A DNA stretch of 64,000 nucleotides. Origin: Eledone cirrhosa. Lineage: Eukaryota. The DNA lies in the NCBI GenBank assembly GCA_964016885.1, contig OZ024742.1:319796001-319860000 (forward strand). Reading direction: 5' to 3'. Made by a program: the position numbers and the translations under genes. Positions 26,937-40,151 of this stretch are shown here, piece by piece. Positions within the stretch are counted from its first letter, which is position 1. The number at the start of each line of letters is the position of its first letter. Below the pieces are notes generated by a model that was not told where the DNA came from, did not search any database, and worked only from the letters and a program-made list of their open reading frames with translations.

Positions 26937-27174
26937 TGCTACTGTACGTCTGTATACATATATGTATGTACGTATACATACATACTTACATTTAAGTAAG
27001 TGCCGTACTAAGAGTGAGAAATGAAATTTCGTTTTCATTCTATTACAACTTATCGTTTTCGGTGCGCCTGGCCGACTGAACTCACTCGATATGCAAATTA
27101 GGCTGCTCAGCCGTTAATTTTCATAAGGAAAGTATATACTTTCGAACATTCAACCATCTGGCAGAAGGGTATAC

Positions 27175-27213
27175 GGTGCTGATGATAGCTAAGAAGCTTG
27201 AAACTAGTACACC
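27175..27213 (+). ncRNA. Minimal type I hammerhead ribozyme (U.U at base of stem II)
   Basis: GGUG-CUGAUGA-U-AGCU(AAGA)AGCU-U-GAAACUAGUA^CACC; palindromic stem III ACUAGU. Confidence 0.8.
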
Positions 27214-27365
27214 GTTCCTGTGTCAGTGTTGAACAAAAAGGTGACGTGGTTGCCTTAACACCGTACGGCATAAATTTAGGCTGTCCGCTTGTTTACAAAC
27301 GGACAAAGCGGGCGTTATAATAAACGTCCGCTAAACTGATACGTACATATATGTATGTGTACCTC

Positions 27366-27451
<86 letters not shown>

Positions 27452-27454
<3 letters not shown>

Positions 27455-28014
27455 CGTTTCTGAATTTGTTTAGCAAGATTCTTTATCTGAAATCGTGTGT
27501 TGAAACCGATATTGTTATACTTTGGGAGGGTCATGTTGCCAATAAGAAACACACGCACCAGTTGCTTTCACTTCAATTTATTATATATTTATAAATTTAC
27601 AAATTTACAAATCTATAAATTTCTGGTTGGTTGGTTGGTTCCACAATCAGATAGTTGTTTATATATAGTCATAGTCCTTTCGTCACACACTCTGTGACCT
27701 CTTCAGTGACTGGGGATTCCTATCTTTGTTTCTGTGCCTTTCCTTTCTTCTGTCCTACGCCAACAAAATGGCGTAGGACAGAAGAAAGGAAAGGCACAGA
27801 AACAAAGAAAGGAATCCCCAGTCATTGAAGAGGTCACAGAGTGTGTGACGAAAGGACTATGACTATATATAAACAACTATCTGATTGTGGAACCAACCAA
27901 CCAACCAGAAATTTATAGATTTGTAAATTTGTAAATTTATAAATATATAATAAATTGAAGTGAAAGCAACTGGTGCGTGTGTTTCTTATTGGCAACATGA
28001 CCCTCCCAAAGTAT

Positions 28015-28020
<6 letters not shown>
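27452..28020. mobile_element. Family E solo pLTR palindrome
   Basis: 27510-27761 is inverted at 27770-28020. Matches the 3' region of the PLE at 34215-34481. HHRs at 27667-27711(-) and ~27820-27864(+). Confidence 0.85.
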
Positions 28021-28087
<67 letters not shown>

Positions 28088-28199
28088 TGCTACTGTACGT
28101 CTGTATACATATATGTATGTACGTATACATACATACTTACATTTAAGTAAGTGCCGTACTAAGAGTGAGAAATGAAATTTCGTTTTCATTCTATTACAA

Positions 28200-28251
<52 letters not shown>

Positions 28252-28287
28252 GATAAATCTACCAAGAGTTTACGGTAGTGTCCAATC

Positions 28288-28427
28288 CATTATTTCTGAA
28301 GACGGCATATATATGAGTTGGTATGTATATATAATTTTGATAGTTTGTATAATTTTGTACATAGATCTGTTAAATATACATGCCAATTCTAACACATATA
28401 TATCCCAGAAACGATCGTTAAATAATG
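28288..28427 (+). ncRNA. Hammerhead ribozyme with long stem II
   Basis: CAUUAUUU-CUGAAGA-[~105 nt incl. GAGUUGGUAUGUAUAU/AUAUACAUGCCAAUUC]-GAAACGAUCGUU-AAAUAAUG; 8-bp stem I. Confidence 0.75.
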
Positions 28428-28478
28428 AACTTTTTTTGTTTAATATAAGGAACTGTTTCATTGTTTTATTCATTATTT

Positions 28479-28516
<38 letters not shown>

Positions 28517-28517
28517 T

Positions 28518-28905
28518 CATTTCGGAAGAAGGATCAGGATGGAGAGAGAGGTGCTGCACCCCAGCCGTTTTTATGAAAGATGGGTGAAAGTGGCGAGAAT
28601 GGCCCGTGTGAATGGGCCTTCACTCTACATCAGACTATAGGTGAGGAAGATGAAAGACCAAGGGAGCACCCCTTCTCTGTGCTCCTGAGGAAAAGGGTTG
28701 CACACTTTTTTCGGGGGTGTGTGCGACCCCCCAAGGCGCCTCCTCTCTATTGAGGATTTTGTTATAAATTTTATTCTGTTATATTTTATTTTATTTTTAT
28801 ATTTTGTTATTGCCTCCTCCTTATTGAGGACGCCTTGTTTTGTAAACTCCCCCCATTGTACTTGTCCCACTTTTGATGCCCTGGTGGCAAATAAAAGAAA
28901 CATAT
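28518..28905 (+). mobile_element. L1/Tx1 3' end fragment (same family as 17488-23269)
   Basis: Reverse complement of 17490-17875; flanked by (TA)n. Confidence 0.9.
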
Positions 28906-28914
28906 ATATATATA

Positions 28915-31475
28915 TGACAAAAATAAAGATGTCATGTCTTAGAAAATCCCAGAGATGCGCCATACCCACCTGTATCAGAAGCTCCAAGAAAGATGCTAAA
29001 GAATAAATCCGATCATTTATTATAAAACTAAAAAAAAACATTGACATATATATATAAATATATCAAATATTAACAGGAGATAATTTGCAATGAATGCACG
29101 AACAACTAATTACAAAAGGCAGCATATTTAGATTTAACAAAAAACTTCAAATATAGATACTTGGCATTAATTACAAAAATTAAATGTAAGATACTCATTA
29201 TGAATGCAAACCAACTTTTTTAGACTAATTTTTCATGCTGAATTGAAAATTATACTCCATTTGTACGCAGTCCGTATCAAGTTTTCAGTAGATACATGCA
29301 AATATTAACGTAATAAATAAGGACATATTATTTTTAGAATGTAAATGAGTTTATTGAGTTAAAAATCATCACTTCCATTCTACAAAGGGTGAATACACAA
29401 AAAAATGGGCAGACAAAACAGACAAAGCTAGAACAACAGAGTTAGAAACATTGTGATTTGGATTTCCTGCGGTGTTCCTGGTCTGGTTGATCATGGTAAA
29501 GTGTCCAACAGTAGTCAGCCAGCATACTGTCATCCCAGAAGCCTTGGTACCGTTTCTCCATAGCATTAATGTACTTTCACCATGTTCATCAGACACTGCT
29601 CTAAGGTTATTTGCAAAGAAATCCAGATGGGATTCTAAGAAGTGAACTTTCAGTGACATGCGACAACCCAATGCCGAGTAACATTTCAGAAGATTCTTGA
29701 TGCCATCATTGTGGTACATTGCCTTCTTATTGCCCAAGAAATTCTCACAGATCCAATTGAAAGCATTCCAGACAGGCAGTTCCAGTTCTTTGAGTACTCT
29801 AATTTGGGGTCCGGCAAAGATACCCTTTTTCAACTTCGCCTGTGTGATTTTGGGAAACGTTTCTACAATATATTCAAACCCTCTGGCATTTCTCTTCCCT
29901 AGTGTCTTTACAAACTGTTTAATTAGTCCAAGCTTTATGTGTAAAGGAGGCAATAAGACATTACATGGATCTACAAGAGGTGTATTCTTAACGCTAGACA
30001 GTCCTGGATGGTATGATGTTCTTGTCGGCCAGTTTAATTCCGAATAATGTGTCAGTTGCCCGACTCTCCCATAGACACAAGAAACAACAGTATTTTGTGA
30101 AACCTGACTGCATTCCCATTAACATTCCAATGACTTTTAAATTTCCACATATTTTCCATTATTATCTTTCATAGGCAATGGCATAAAGTAAATGTTCCAT
30201 ATTCTCATATGATTCATGAGGATGAACGTAGTGTGCAATAGGAATAGGGGGCTTCAAATTACCATTATGGAGAAGTACAGCTTTTAAACTTCGTTTTGAA
30301 GAGCCAATAAACAAACGCCACTCTGCAGGATCATGATTTTGTGATTAACATTCGAAAAGTCCATCGATGTTACTGCAAAAGCAAAGCGGGCTTTCAACAG
30401 AAAACACGTTTGTAGAACCACATTTCTCTGCCGAAAATAAGTTATACGAACACTGTGCTCTAGCAGATACTTCTACTTCGGTATTGATGCCAACAGTTCT
30501 GCTTTATCTTTTGAGGGGGATAGGTCTCTGACAAGGTCATTCAGTTTAGCTTGGGAAAATTTCTGAGGTTCAAAGCTATCGTCATCAGCCACGTAATCTT
30601 CCTCAGCAGCACTATCGTGACAGTCAGCATCATCATCTGATGTTTCAATACCATCATTTGGTGGAACTGGAATTGGCAGACTTCCATTGTGAGGCACAGG
30701 TCTCATTGCAGAATCCAAATTGGGATACACAATTTTGTGTTTATTCTTCATAGAAAATCCTGTGTCATTTACTTTGCAAAAATAACAGTCATTAAAATGG
30801 TCTTTCGGCTCCCTCCAGATCATTGGAATGGCAAAAGGCATGGACTTCTTATTATTGAACCAGTAACGTAAGCCATTTAGGCAAGCTGAGCAGAAAATGA
30901 GGTGCCCATAACTTGTCTTGATCTCCAAGAGGACAATCAAAGTATAGCTTATAAATCTTCTCGATCTCTGGTGTTATTGTACGTTTTTGAGCTTTCACAA
31001 TAAATTGTTCACAGACATAACAAAACACATCAGGACGATTTGTACACTATCTTGACATTGTTAACACTGTAAAACAAGCAAGGAAATAGATACAAACGGT
31101 TATACTTATATTGAATTTGAGATGATGAAATATTCATCAGACCAATTATGGACAATTTGAGATGTTGAAATACCTATTTCATCAGAGAAAACTTGATTGG
31201 TTAATTTAAGATGATGAAATATTGCATCTGAACTATGCAGCAATGAATAATGTAGTTTATTTTAAAGGTATGTTTCCATGGTGTAAATGAAATACATGCA
31301 TACACATCATTAATTGGAATTTCTATATAATGGATGAGCTAATGCCAAAAAACTTTCTCATCTTGAAAAAATGTACGTGATGTCAAAAAACTAATTGTAT
31401 ATTTTAAATCAGCATTAAAAACTACACTAAGTACACCTTGACATATGCTTGATGAAAAATACTTGTTGACCAGTG
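28915..31475 (-). mobile_element. Chapaev3-like DNA transposon with pseudogenised transposase
   Basis: 5' terminus CACTGGTCAACAA at 31475 next to TTA. Fragments PMIWREPKDH..DCYFC, LNDLVRDL, LPPLHIKLGLIKQFVK, GIFAGPQIR, MSLKVHFLESHLDFF..AVSDEHGE. Left boundary uncertain. Confidence 0.85.
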
Positions 31476-31486
31476 TTATTTATATG

Positions 31487-31866
31487 GTGAATTGGTAGTA
31501 TCGGTAGAGGGTTGGACGCCATGCTTTCTAGCATAGTTACGTCCCTTTACAGTCTAAGTTCAAATCCCGCCGAGGTTAACTTTGCCTTTCATCCTTACGG
31601 GGTCGATAAAATAAAGTACCAGTAATGTACTGGGTAATTGCTGGCCTTGTGCCTAAAGTAGAAACAGTTATTTATATGGTGAATTGGCAGTATCGGTAGA
31701 GGGCTGAACGCCATGCTTTCTAGCATAGTTACGTCCCATTACGGTCTGAGTTCAAATCCCGTCGAGGTTAACTTTGCCTTTCATCATTACGGGGCGATAA
31801 AATAAAGAACCAGTAATGTACTAGGTAATTGCTGGCCTTGTGCCCAAAATAGAAACAATTAATTAT
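31487..31866 (+). mobile_element. Two tandem tRNA-derived SINEs (~190 bp each)
   Basis: A-box TGGYAGTATCGG, B-box GTTCAAATCC, conserved core GCCTTTCATCCTTACGGGGTCGATAAAA. Other copies at 8378, 39505 and 58343. Confidence 0.88.
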
Positions 31867-32204
31867 TTATACTCTCTCATACATATTCCATTATTCCATT
31901 AAATTGGTGAAGTTCAGTAGTCAATTTTTGATTATCAATAAGAGAGAAAATCGAACTTACACTTCTAAGACAAATCAGGGACTGTTGAAAACACACATGG
32001 AGTTAGGAAAAGACCCACTGCGTCTTAGCATTGTTCCAGTGACGTGAATAGGTATATCGACAGCTAGAAATAGCAGCCAAAACAACCTTTCAACAGTACA
32101 AAGCTCTACTTAAATAATATGAAGGAGCACATTTATATTATTAACAAAAATAGATATCATGTCTGAGAAAATCTCAGACATGCGCCATACCACCTGTATA
32201 TATA

Positions 32205-32920
32205 TATAAAATGAGATAAATATTCCAACAGGTACTAAGTACCTACAGAAATATATATGGTGTCTATAATAATTGTTGTTCAATCGTACTAATTTGAGAT
32301 ACCAGAACTATAAAAATGAGCGGAACAAGCAAACATTAAACAATCTTTTAAATAAATTAAAATACGATTTAAATATTCACCTGTTCTAATGCTGTTACCG
32401 ACGGTTTCGCTTATCAAAAGATTGGAAATTCAGAGAATTTCCAATGAAAAGATCAGCTCTTCAGACAGCTATTTCCATTCTATAGGGCATAAAGCCTCAC
32501 AGTTTGTAAATATATCGCTTCCTGTCCGATGTATGAGGTCAAGCCGTTAAAGTGACCAACACATAAACAGGCCGCAAGTAAAAGCGGGAATATTATAGAC
32601 TCGTTGTCTTTCATGCTACTAAAAAAATAGCAGCACGATACAACATTTTGTTCTCTACACAGAGGGAGAATACACATAAAATGAGATAAATATTCCAACA
32701 GGTACTACGTACCTACAGAAATATATATGGTGTCTATAATAATTGTTGTTCAATGATACTAATTTGAGATACCAGAACTATAAAAATGAGCGGAACAAGC
32801 AAATCTGAATTTCCAATCTTTTGATAAGCGAAACCATCGGTAACAGCATTAGAACAGGTGAATATTTAAATCGTATTTTAATTTATTTAAAAGATTGTTT
32901 AATGTTTGCTTGTTCCGCTC

Positions 32921-32925
<5 letters not shown>
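32205..32925. mobile_element. Non-coding pLTR-like unit: tandem duplication plus inverted end
   Basis: 32205-32333 is repeated at 32676-32802; 32315-32435 is inverted at 32804-32924. Confidence 0.75.
32391..32469 (-). ncRNA. Hammerhead ribozyme
   Basis: GCUGU-CUGAAGA-GCUGAUC..AUUGGAAAUUC/GAAUUUCCAAU..GAUAAGC-GAAACCGUCGGUA^ACAGC. Confidence 0.88.
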
Positions 32926-32994
<69 letters not shown>

Positions 32995-33121
32995 TTAGGG
33001 TAAATATTGATGCAAATCAATTCAAGCACTCAACGTACTTATTCCACATAGGAGTGACGGAGTAAATATCGAATAAGCAAAAGCGAAGTAGTTTCAGATG
33101 TTCAAGTCTTTTAATAATAAT

Positions 33122-33195
33122 GTTGTGATATATATTTCAATGACGACAGTGGCCACGCTGTTCTGTGTGCCAGTGTCGCGACATCGTCAGACAGC
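33122..33195 (-). ncRNA. Hammerhead-like motif
   Basis: UGU-CUGACGA-[imperfect long stem II]-GAAAUAUAUAUC^ACA. Confidence 0.6.
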
Positions 33196-33329
33196 TTGTT
33201 ACATAATAAGGTTATGTTTCCGAGGCAATCCAAATTGAATCGACGTGGGAACGGACGAAGTGTGTGCTTTTGGGTTCTTCATCCGTTCCCCTGTGAGTAC
33301 CATTTCACCCCCACCGGTCTGCGCAGGCG

Positions 33330-34475
33330 CAGAGAGATAGAATCAGAGTGTATAAAGGAGCCAGAACCAGATGGGAAAAAATGGTAAATAATGACATAAA
33401 TGGGACCTGCCCCTTGTATAGGAGCAAATTTTGGAATAGAATAGAAAGAACTAGGAACAAGGCCAATAGAATAAACTCATGGTATGATAGCAATAAATAC
33501 CAGAGTGTAATGTTCATCAATACAACCCCTAGAGGCGAACTAGCCTACAAATTTAGAAGGGCCCTAAATAAACATAAACTCAATATTAAGATAGTAGAAA
33601 GACCAGGTACCTCCGTAAAAACACTTATTAGCAAGACATACCCGTTCCAAAGACCCTCATGTATAGATAAGAAATGTATAACCTGTAAAATAAGCCCCCA
33701 TATTAACTGTAAAACTAGAAATGTAGTGTATAGCATAAGATGTACTGAAGGACAATGTAGAAACAAAAATATAGTGTACATAGGTGAGACAGCTCGTAGT
33801 ATAGGGGAACGAATAAATGAACACTGGCGAGACCTCCAAGATAATAAAGAATCATCTGTGCTCTACCAACATGCTAAGATAGAACACAGGGGTAGATTAG
33901 AGAACATAGAAATAAAAATAGAATCCACACACAGAAAAGATGCAATGTTTAGGCAAATTACAGAGGCAGTCAGCATAAAAGAATTACAACCAAAATTAAA
34001 TAGAAAATATGAGTGGAACAGCAACATCACAACTTACAATTAAGGACAAAATGAAAACACACACAGGACAAAATGAAAACACACACACACATAGAACAAA
34101 CAACCAACCAACAATAAATAAATAAATAAATAAACAAATAGATAAATGAACACAAACACACTCAGACACCCGGATGTGGCGCATGCGCAAACTGAGCACA
34201 CAACACACACACAGAAACAAAATGGCGTAGGATAGAAGAAAGAAAGGCACAGAAACAAAGAGAGGAATCCCCAGTCACTGAAGAGGTCACAGAGTGTGTG
34301 ACGAAAGGACTATGACTATATATAAACAACTATCTGGTTGTGGAACCAACCAACCAACCAGAAATTTATAAGTTTGTAAATTTGTAAATTTATAAATTTA
34401 TAAATATATAATAAATTGAAGTGAAAGCAACTGGTGCGTGTGTTTCTTATTGGCAACATGACCCTCCCAAAGTAT

Positions 34476-34481
<6 letters not shown>
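33330..34481 (+). mobile_element. 5'-truncated Penelope-like element with pLTR (parent of family E)
   Basis: GIY-YIG ORF followed by a non-coding tail with HHR 34273-34317: AGUCA-CUGAAGA-G-GUCAC(7)GUGAC-GAAAGGACUA^UGACU. Confidence 0.88.
33348..34043 (+). pseudogene. PLE C-terminal Cys motif + GIY-YIG endonuclease fragment
   Basis: C..KKCITC..C.TRNVVYSIRC...YIGETARS..ER..EH...RQITEAV.I...P.LN. Confidence 0.88.
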
Positions 34482-34557
<76 letters not shown>

Positions 34558-36125
34558 AGTAATAATAATAAATTTGAAGACTAAAATCCAAAGAGGGCTC
34601 GATAAGGACAAATATATATCAAATATATAAGAACCGTAGAGCAAATATTTATTAAAATAACAGATTAAAGTAGTTTAAGCAAAGAATCGCTGCTTTCACC
34701 CTTAACGGGATCTTCTGAAACTAACAAAGTCAATCTGTGAACGCAGAAGTGAATATTTCAAAAAACGTTGCAACCGGAGGAAGACGATACTTTGGTTCGT
34801 GGAAACGTTCCTTGGCAAAGAACGGGAAAAAACGAATATAATAGTCATTATTTGGAGCCGTGAAAAACAATTGCACGCAAAGACAAAACCACGTTTATGG
34901 TATAAAAGAAGTCGTAGACTAATATTCAATTAGGTGGTTCATAGAGACGTTCTCTGGCAATGAACGGAAAAAAACGAAGATAATACGTCATATGTGGAGC
35001 GTGGAGAAAAATTGCACGCAAAGACAAAACCACGTAAATGGTATAACTGAAGTCGTAGACTAAAATTCTAACTAGGAAACCGAATGATTCTCGGCTTCAG
35101 AGTTAAGAATAAAGTAAATAAAATTGAAATTAAATAAATACATACACGCATCCATATACGTACATACACAAGCATACGCGAAAACACTCACCATAGGTAT
35201 ACAAATACACGCACATATAAATATGTGTGTGTGCGTGTATACAAATAATTAAATACACGTATATAAATAAATAAATACGTATATAACAAGCGCACACACA
35301 TACCTACATGTAAATACACATATGTTCGGAGATGTACGTCAACCAAAACACGAAGTACACATATACACACACCCTACATACGTACGAACCCGCATACTCA
35401 CACAGACGCAAAACTCACGTATACACATAACCAAAGCATATGTACCAGAATATATAAAATATACGCCATAACATATACAATCAAATATACGTACGAGTAA
35501 GTATACGTACCTTCACAAAACATACAGGTAATATATACTTACCTATACAAATAAATAATGGTATAAACATAACATATACTTAGCTACCACATCAAGACGT
35601 AAAATATCCGCGTATAGATCGTACTATCCGTTAGGGTATAATATGGGGCTGTAATACAGGAAAGCTTTGTGCAATTTATGTTTACAAGCCGAAATTGCCT
35701 CAGATTTTTTGTTTAAGATGTGGTCTGTGGCGCAGAGTATTTCCTGGGCCTCGGCAGCGCAGAGGTCACATGGACTTTTATTTCTGTTATACGATTTAGC
35801 CCTAGCTAGGATCTCCCAGTGTAACTTATATTGGGTGTAGTTGTCTTTTAGACTCCAGATATAAGCTGAAAGTGACGTCATATTCCTTCTTAGAGGGTAA
35901 CGAAAAGAATGGGTATGAATGTAAAGACAAAGACGCTGCTTGAATCTATTGGCGGTTAACCCTATGTAGGCCCTACGGGACGTGGGTGTTTCAACCTTAC
36001 ATTTGTAGACAATGTTACTAGAGAGGCATTTCCCGGATAGGGGGCAGTCAACCTGATTCCTACAATTACAGTTAAGGGTGAAAGCAGCGATTCTTTGCTT
36101 AAACTTTAATCTGTTATTTTAATAT
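34558..36125 (-). mobile_element. 5'-truncated Naiad-type PLE with inverted pLTR piece at its 5' end
   Basis: CNCRNQVDCPLSGKCL..IVYKC..YIGLT..FK.R..TSLSAYIWSLK..W.IL..CDLC (35624-36072). 34648-34706 is inverted at 36071-36124. Degenerate HHR at ~34685-34720. Confidence 0.82.
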
Positions 36126-36284
36126 ATATATTAGGTTATGCAAGAAATGCTTAGGAATATCCTGAATGCAGTAATGGTTAATTACTACACTAGAGTACGG
36201 TGAGGGATTACTCAACGAGTTATGGAAGAATAGTTAAAGAAACTTAGTTTCTGATTCTTCTGTATTCCGGAGTGTAGATAAAGA

Positions 36285-36880
<596 letters not shown>

Positions 36881-36884
36881 ATAT

Positions 36885-37570
36885 ATGTAATCTGAGTTTT
36901 TCGAATATTAATAACATTCGATTCGTTTGCAATTATGCAAATAAGCCTCATTTTAAAAGCCATGTCAGTAGAATGAGCCCTTCATTCTTGCTCTTGTGTT
37001 GGCATGTAAACAGAACTGCAGACACTAATCTTTCTGGGTATCACCCTTCATCAGTACAGCTCACTGTTCACCTGCCAACTGTCAGATCTAGTGAAAATAT
37101 ATGCTATTTTCTAAAGTATGTAGTGACTGATCGGCCTGATTTGCATATTAGCAGACTGGCTGATCAGTCAGATCTGCATATTAGCAGATCCACTGATCAG
37201 TTAGAATTGCATATCAGCAGACTGGCCAGTCAGTTCCTGTATACGAGCGATAAATGGCCGGCTTTGCCACATTCAAATAAAAAAAGAAAAATTTCGCTCT
37301 ACATGGCTGAATACAATAAATGTAATCTGTGTTTTTCGAATATTAATAATAACATTCGATTCGTTTGCAATTATGCAAACAAGCCTCATTTTTAAAGCCA
37401 TGTCAGTAGAATGAACACTTCATTTTTGCTCTTGTGTTAGTATGCCAACAGAATTGCAGACACTAATGTTTCTGGGTATCACCCTTCATCAGTGCAGCTA
37501 TTATTGATATTCGAAAAACTCAGATTACATTTATTGCATTCAGCCATGTAGAGCGAAATGTTTCTTTTTC
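36885..37570 (-). mobile_element. Family A tandem HHR unit with inverted end
   Basis: 36885-37072 is repeated at 37320-37500. HHR 37455-37496(-): UGCA-CUGAUGA-A-GGG(UGAUA)CCC-A-GAAACAUUAGUGUC^UGCA. Confidence 0.78.
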
Positions 37571-37809
37571 TTTCTTATCTGTGACATCATCAGTGATTAT
37601 CATGTTTCTATGTTTTCCCCCGTTGTGTTGCTGTAATGTTTTCTTATTTTATTTTATTTATTGTTGTCTCTGTTTGTGTGCGTGTATTCTGTTTATTTTG
37701 TTTGGTGTGTATACTCGTGTGTTGTGTCTGAGTCTGTGTGTTTATATAACTATATTCTACCCTTGGTCACTGGTGTGTGTTTGTGTGTTATTGCATCTGT
37801 GTATATTTA

Positions 37810-38026
37810 TATTCTCAATATTGTTAAACCTTCCTATAGATCAAAGAATCTATAGTTTAAGCCGTTTTTAGACTTTGGTGGGACGTTACTCTCTCTCTCT
37901 CTCTGAATATCTAATACTTTCATTGTATCTCTCTCTGTAGAACGGCCTATCTCTCTCTGTAGAACGGCCTATCTCTCTCTTTCTGCCTCTCCCTCTGTGT
38001 GTCTCTCTTTAGATGTGTGTGTATGT

Positions 38027-38109
<83 letters not shown>

Positions 38110-38853
38110 TTTTCCTATGATTCAATCAGCCAGCCAGCTGAACATCTTTCTTTTATATTATACTAGCTGAGGTACCCGTCTTCGCCAGGGAGAACAGAGA
38201 AAACGACTGTATTGGATGTGTTGTCTGGTATGAGGTGAGACCGTAGTGAGTGTGTACGTGTGAGTGTGTATGAGAGATATATTTAAAAAAAAACAATCAT
38301 AAAACTTCTTTATTAGGCTGGGGGAGTAAACTGCTGATTAAATGGTAGCATTGGCCTTGGATTTTAAATGTTGTGAAATAACTATAGTCAGTATGATCTT
38401 TTTCAGCTCCAAAAGACGTCATCTGAAACACAGCAATATACCGCATAACATTGTTTCTGAAGTGTTGCCTCGTTAGTATGGTCTGTAAGTAGTATATGGA
38501 TAAAAGCTGGAGGGTAGATTAATTTCAAATAGTATCAATTTTTCTTTGTTCTGTTAAATCAAATACTAAAACGACTTGATAAAAGCTAACGCAATATTGT
38601 TAAACCTTCCTATAGATCAAAGGATCTATAGTTTAAGCCGTTTCTAGACTTTGGTGGGACGTTACACCCCCCCTCTCTCTCTCTGAATATCTAACACTTT
38701 AATTGTAACTCTCTGTATAACGGCCTATCTCTCTCTTTCGGCCTCTCCCTCTGTGTCTCTCTCTCTTTAGATGTATGTGTGTGTGTGTGTGTGTGTGTAG
38801 TTTTGTGTGATTCAACCAACTAATAAACATCTTTCTTTTATATCATATATAGA
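37810..38853 (-). mobile_element. Non-autonomous Helitron-like element (38163-38853) plus tandem partial copy
   Basis: Minus strand starts A|TCTATATATG and ends with a GC-rich hairpin CCCTGGCGAAGACGGG...CTAG|T. 37815-38160 is duplicated at 38592-38845. Confidence 0.65.
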
Positions 38854-38959
38854 TATAGATATAGATATAGATAGAATTAGAATTTAGCTTCGAGCATAGA
38901 GATATGTATTGGAATTTCGTATTTCTAAAGAGATACGATATGTTTATAAATAAACATTT

Positions 38960-39270
38960 AGAAAGCCGTAGCTATGTAAAAACACTGGCAGCTATCACCA
39001 CCTAGCGGTATCCAGCAGAAGCAAGGTGGACAATCGTCGATGCATTTCGAACTGAACTGGTTATCATCAGAACGATCCATCCCGCTCTGACAGAGGGGAC
39101 ACCAAGAAAATGGACAAGACCAAAAGGTCGTCCAAGGACAAGATGGCGAGACGTCCTCAGCAACCACCGGGGACCCTCATGGCCAAAACTGGCAAGGGAC
39201 AGAAGTCGGAGGAAGGAGTTCAGGGAGGGGTTCCTCCTCCGTGAGTGATTTCAAGACCCTGGATCAAGAG
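38960..39270 (+). mobile_element. Degenerate RTE-like LINE 3' fragment
   Basis: RPKGRPRTRWRDVL..W..LARDR motif. Confidence 0.6.
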
Positions 39271-39504
39271 AAAGAGCAAGAGATTTCATATGTAATGAGG
39301 AATAATTACATGTTTAAGTGTAGTTTGTATTTGTTAAATTGTTTTACTTTATTTATTCTCTGCTGTTGTGTTAAATAATTTCAGTACTTGTAGAGGAGAT
39401 ATAGAGAGACTGTCATAAGTATCCGGATAGTCCAACATTTATATTCCAAATGATAATATTTACTAAAATTCTGATTACTCAGTACGAAATTATAAATACA
39501 CCAA

Positions 39505-39680
39505 AAGCTAGAGGGTCGGACGCGATGCTTTGCAGCATGGAGTTACGGGCCTTTACGATTTGAGTTCAAATCCCGCCGAGGTTAATTTTGCCTTTCATCC
39601 TTACGGGGTCGATAAAATAAAGTACCAGTAATGCACTGGGATAATTGCTAGCCTTGTGCCAAAAGTAGAAATAATTATTA
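39505..39680 (+). mobile_element. tRNA-derived SINE
   Basis: Same B-box and core as 31487-31866. Confidence 0.85.
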
Positions 39681-39809
39681 AAGTAAGAATTTGAAAAGCT
39701 AATTCCGTTCTTCAAAACACTTTGAAACGAATGTTAAAAAAGTTATCTGGAACCTTGCAATAAAAATGCATTGACCCCCCCCCCCCAGTAACTTATGACT
39801 CACACCGTA

Positions 39810-40151
39810 CAGTGGAACCTTGGTTCACGAACGCCTCTCATCATGAACACATTGGTTCACGAACAATTTTTCCGAACAGAAAACGTCTCAGTTCACGATG
39901 ATTTCTCGAGTAACGAAACACAAGCTGGCAAAAACGGTTGGCAACAAACTTGGAGTATCGGCGGGAAAGAGTCACTCGCTGTGTAGTTAGTTACTATGGT
40001 AATATCGATCTATCTTTTACATACAGTCTCTCTCTCTTAAAGTATTTCTCTTAATATTTCGTATGAAAAAATAACCGTTTCGGCTTACGAACATTTCGGG
40101 TGGCAAACGGACTTCAGGAACGCTTTAAGTTCGTGAACCGAGTTTTTAATG
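39810..40151. mobile_element. Tigger/pogo-like MITE
   Basis: TA|CAGTGGAACCTTGGTTCACGAA ... TTCGTGAACCGAGTTTTTAATG|TA: imperfect TIRs with TA duplication. Confidence 0.7.

Larger units (their letters stand above)
26245..28200 (+). mobile_element. Family U tandem array: inverted leader + head-to-tail ~510-nt non-coding HHR units (interrupted by family E)
   Basis: 26520-26870 is repeated at 27030-27380; inverted piece at 26245-26505; restart at 28083-28200. HHRs at 26666-26704 and 27175-27213. Confidence 0.8.

Noticed and set aside
26245-28200. CRISPR array or prokaryotic system
   Set aside because: Eukaryotic context; the repeats are long tandem/inverted units without unique spacers or cas genes.
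31487-31580. tRNA gene
   Set aside because: A and B boxes are present but there is no cloverleaf; it continues into a multi-copy SINE body.
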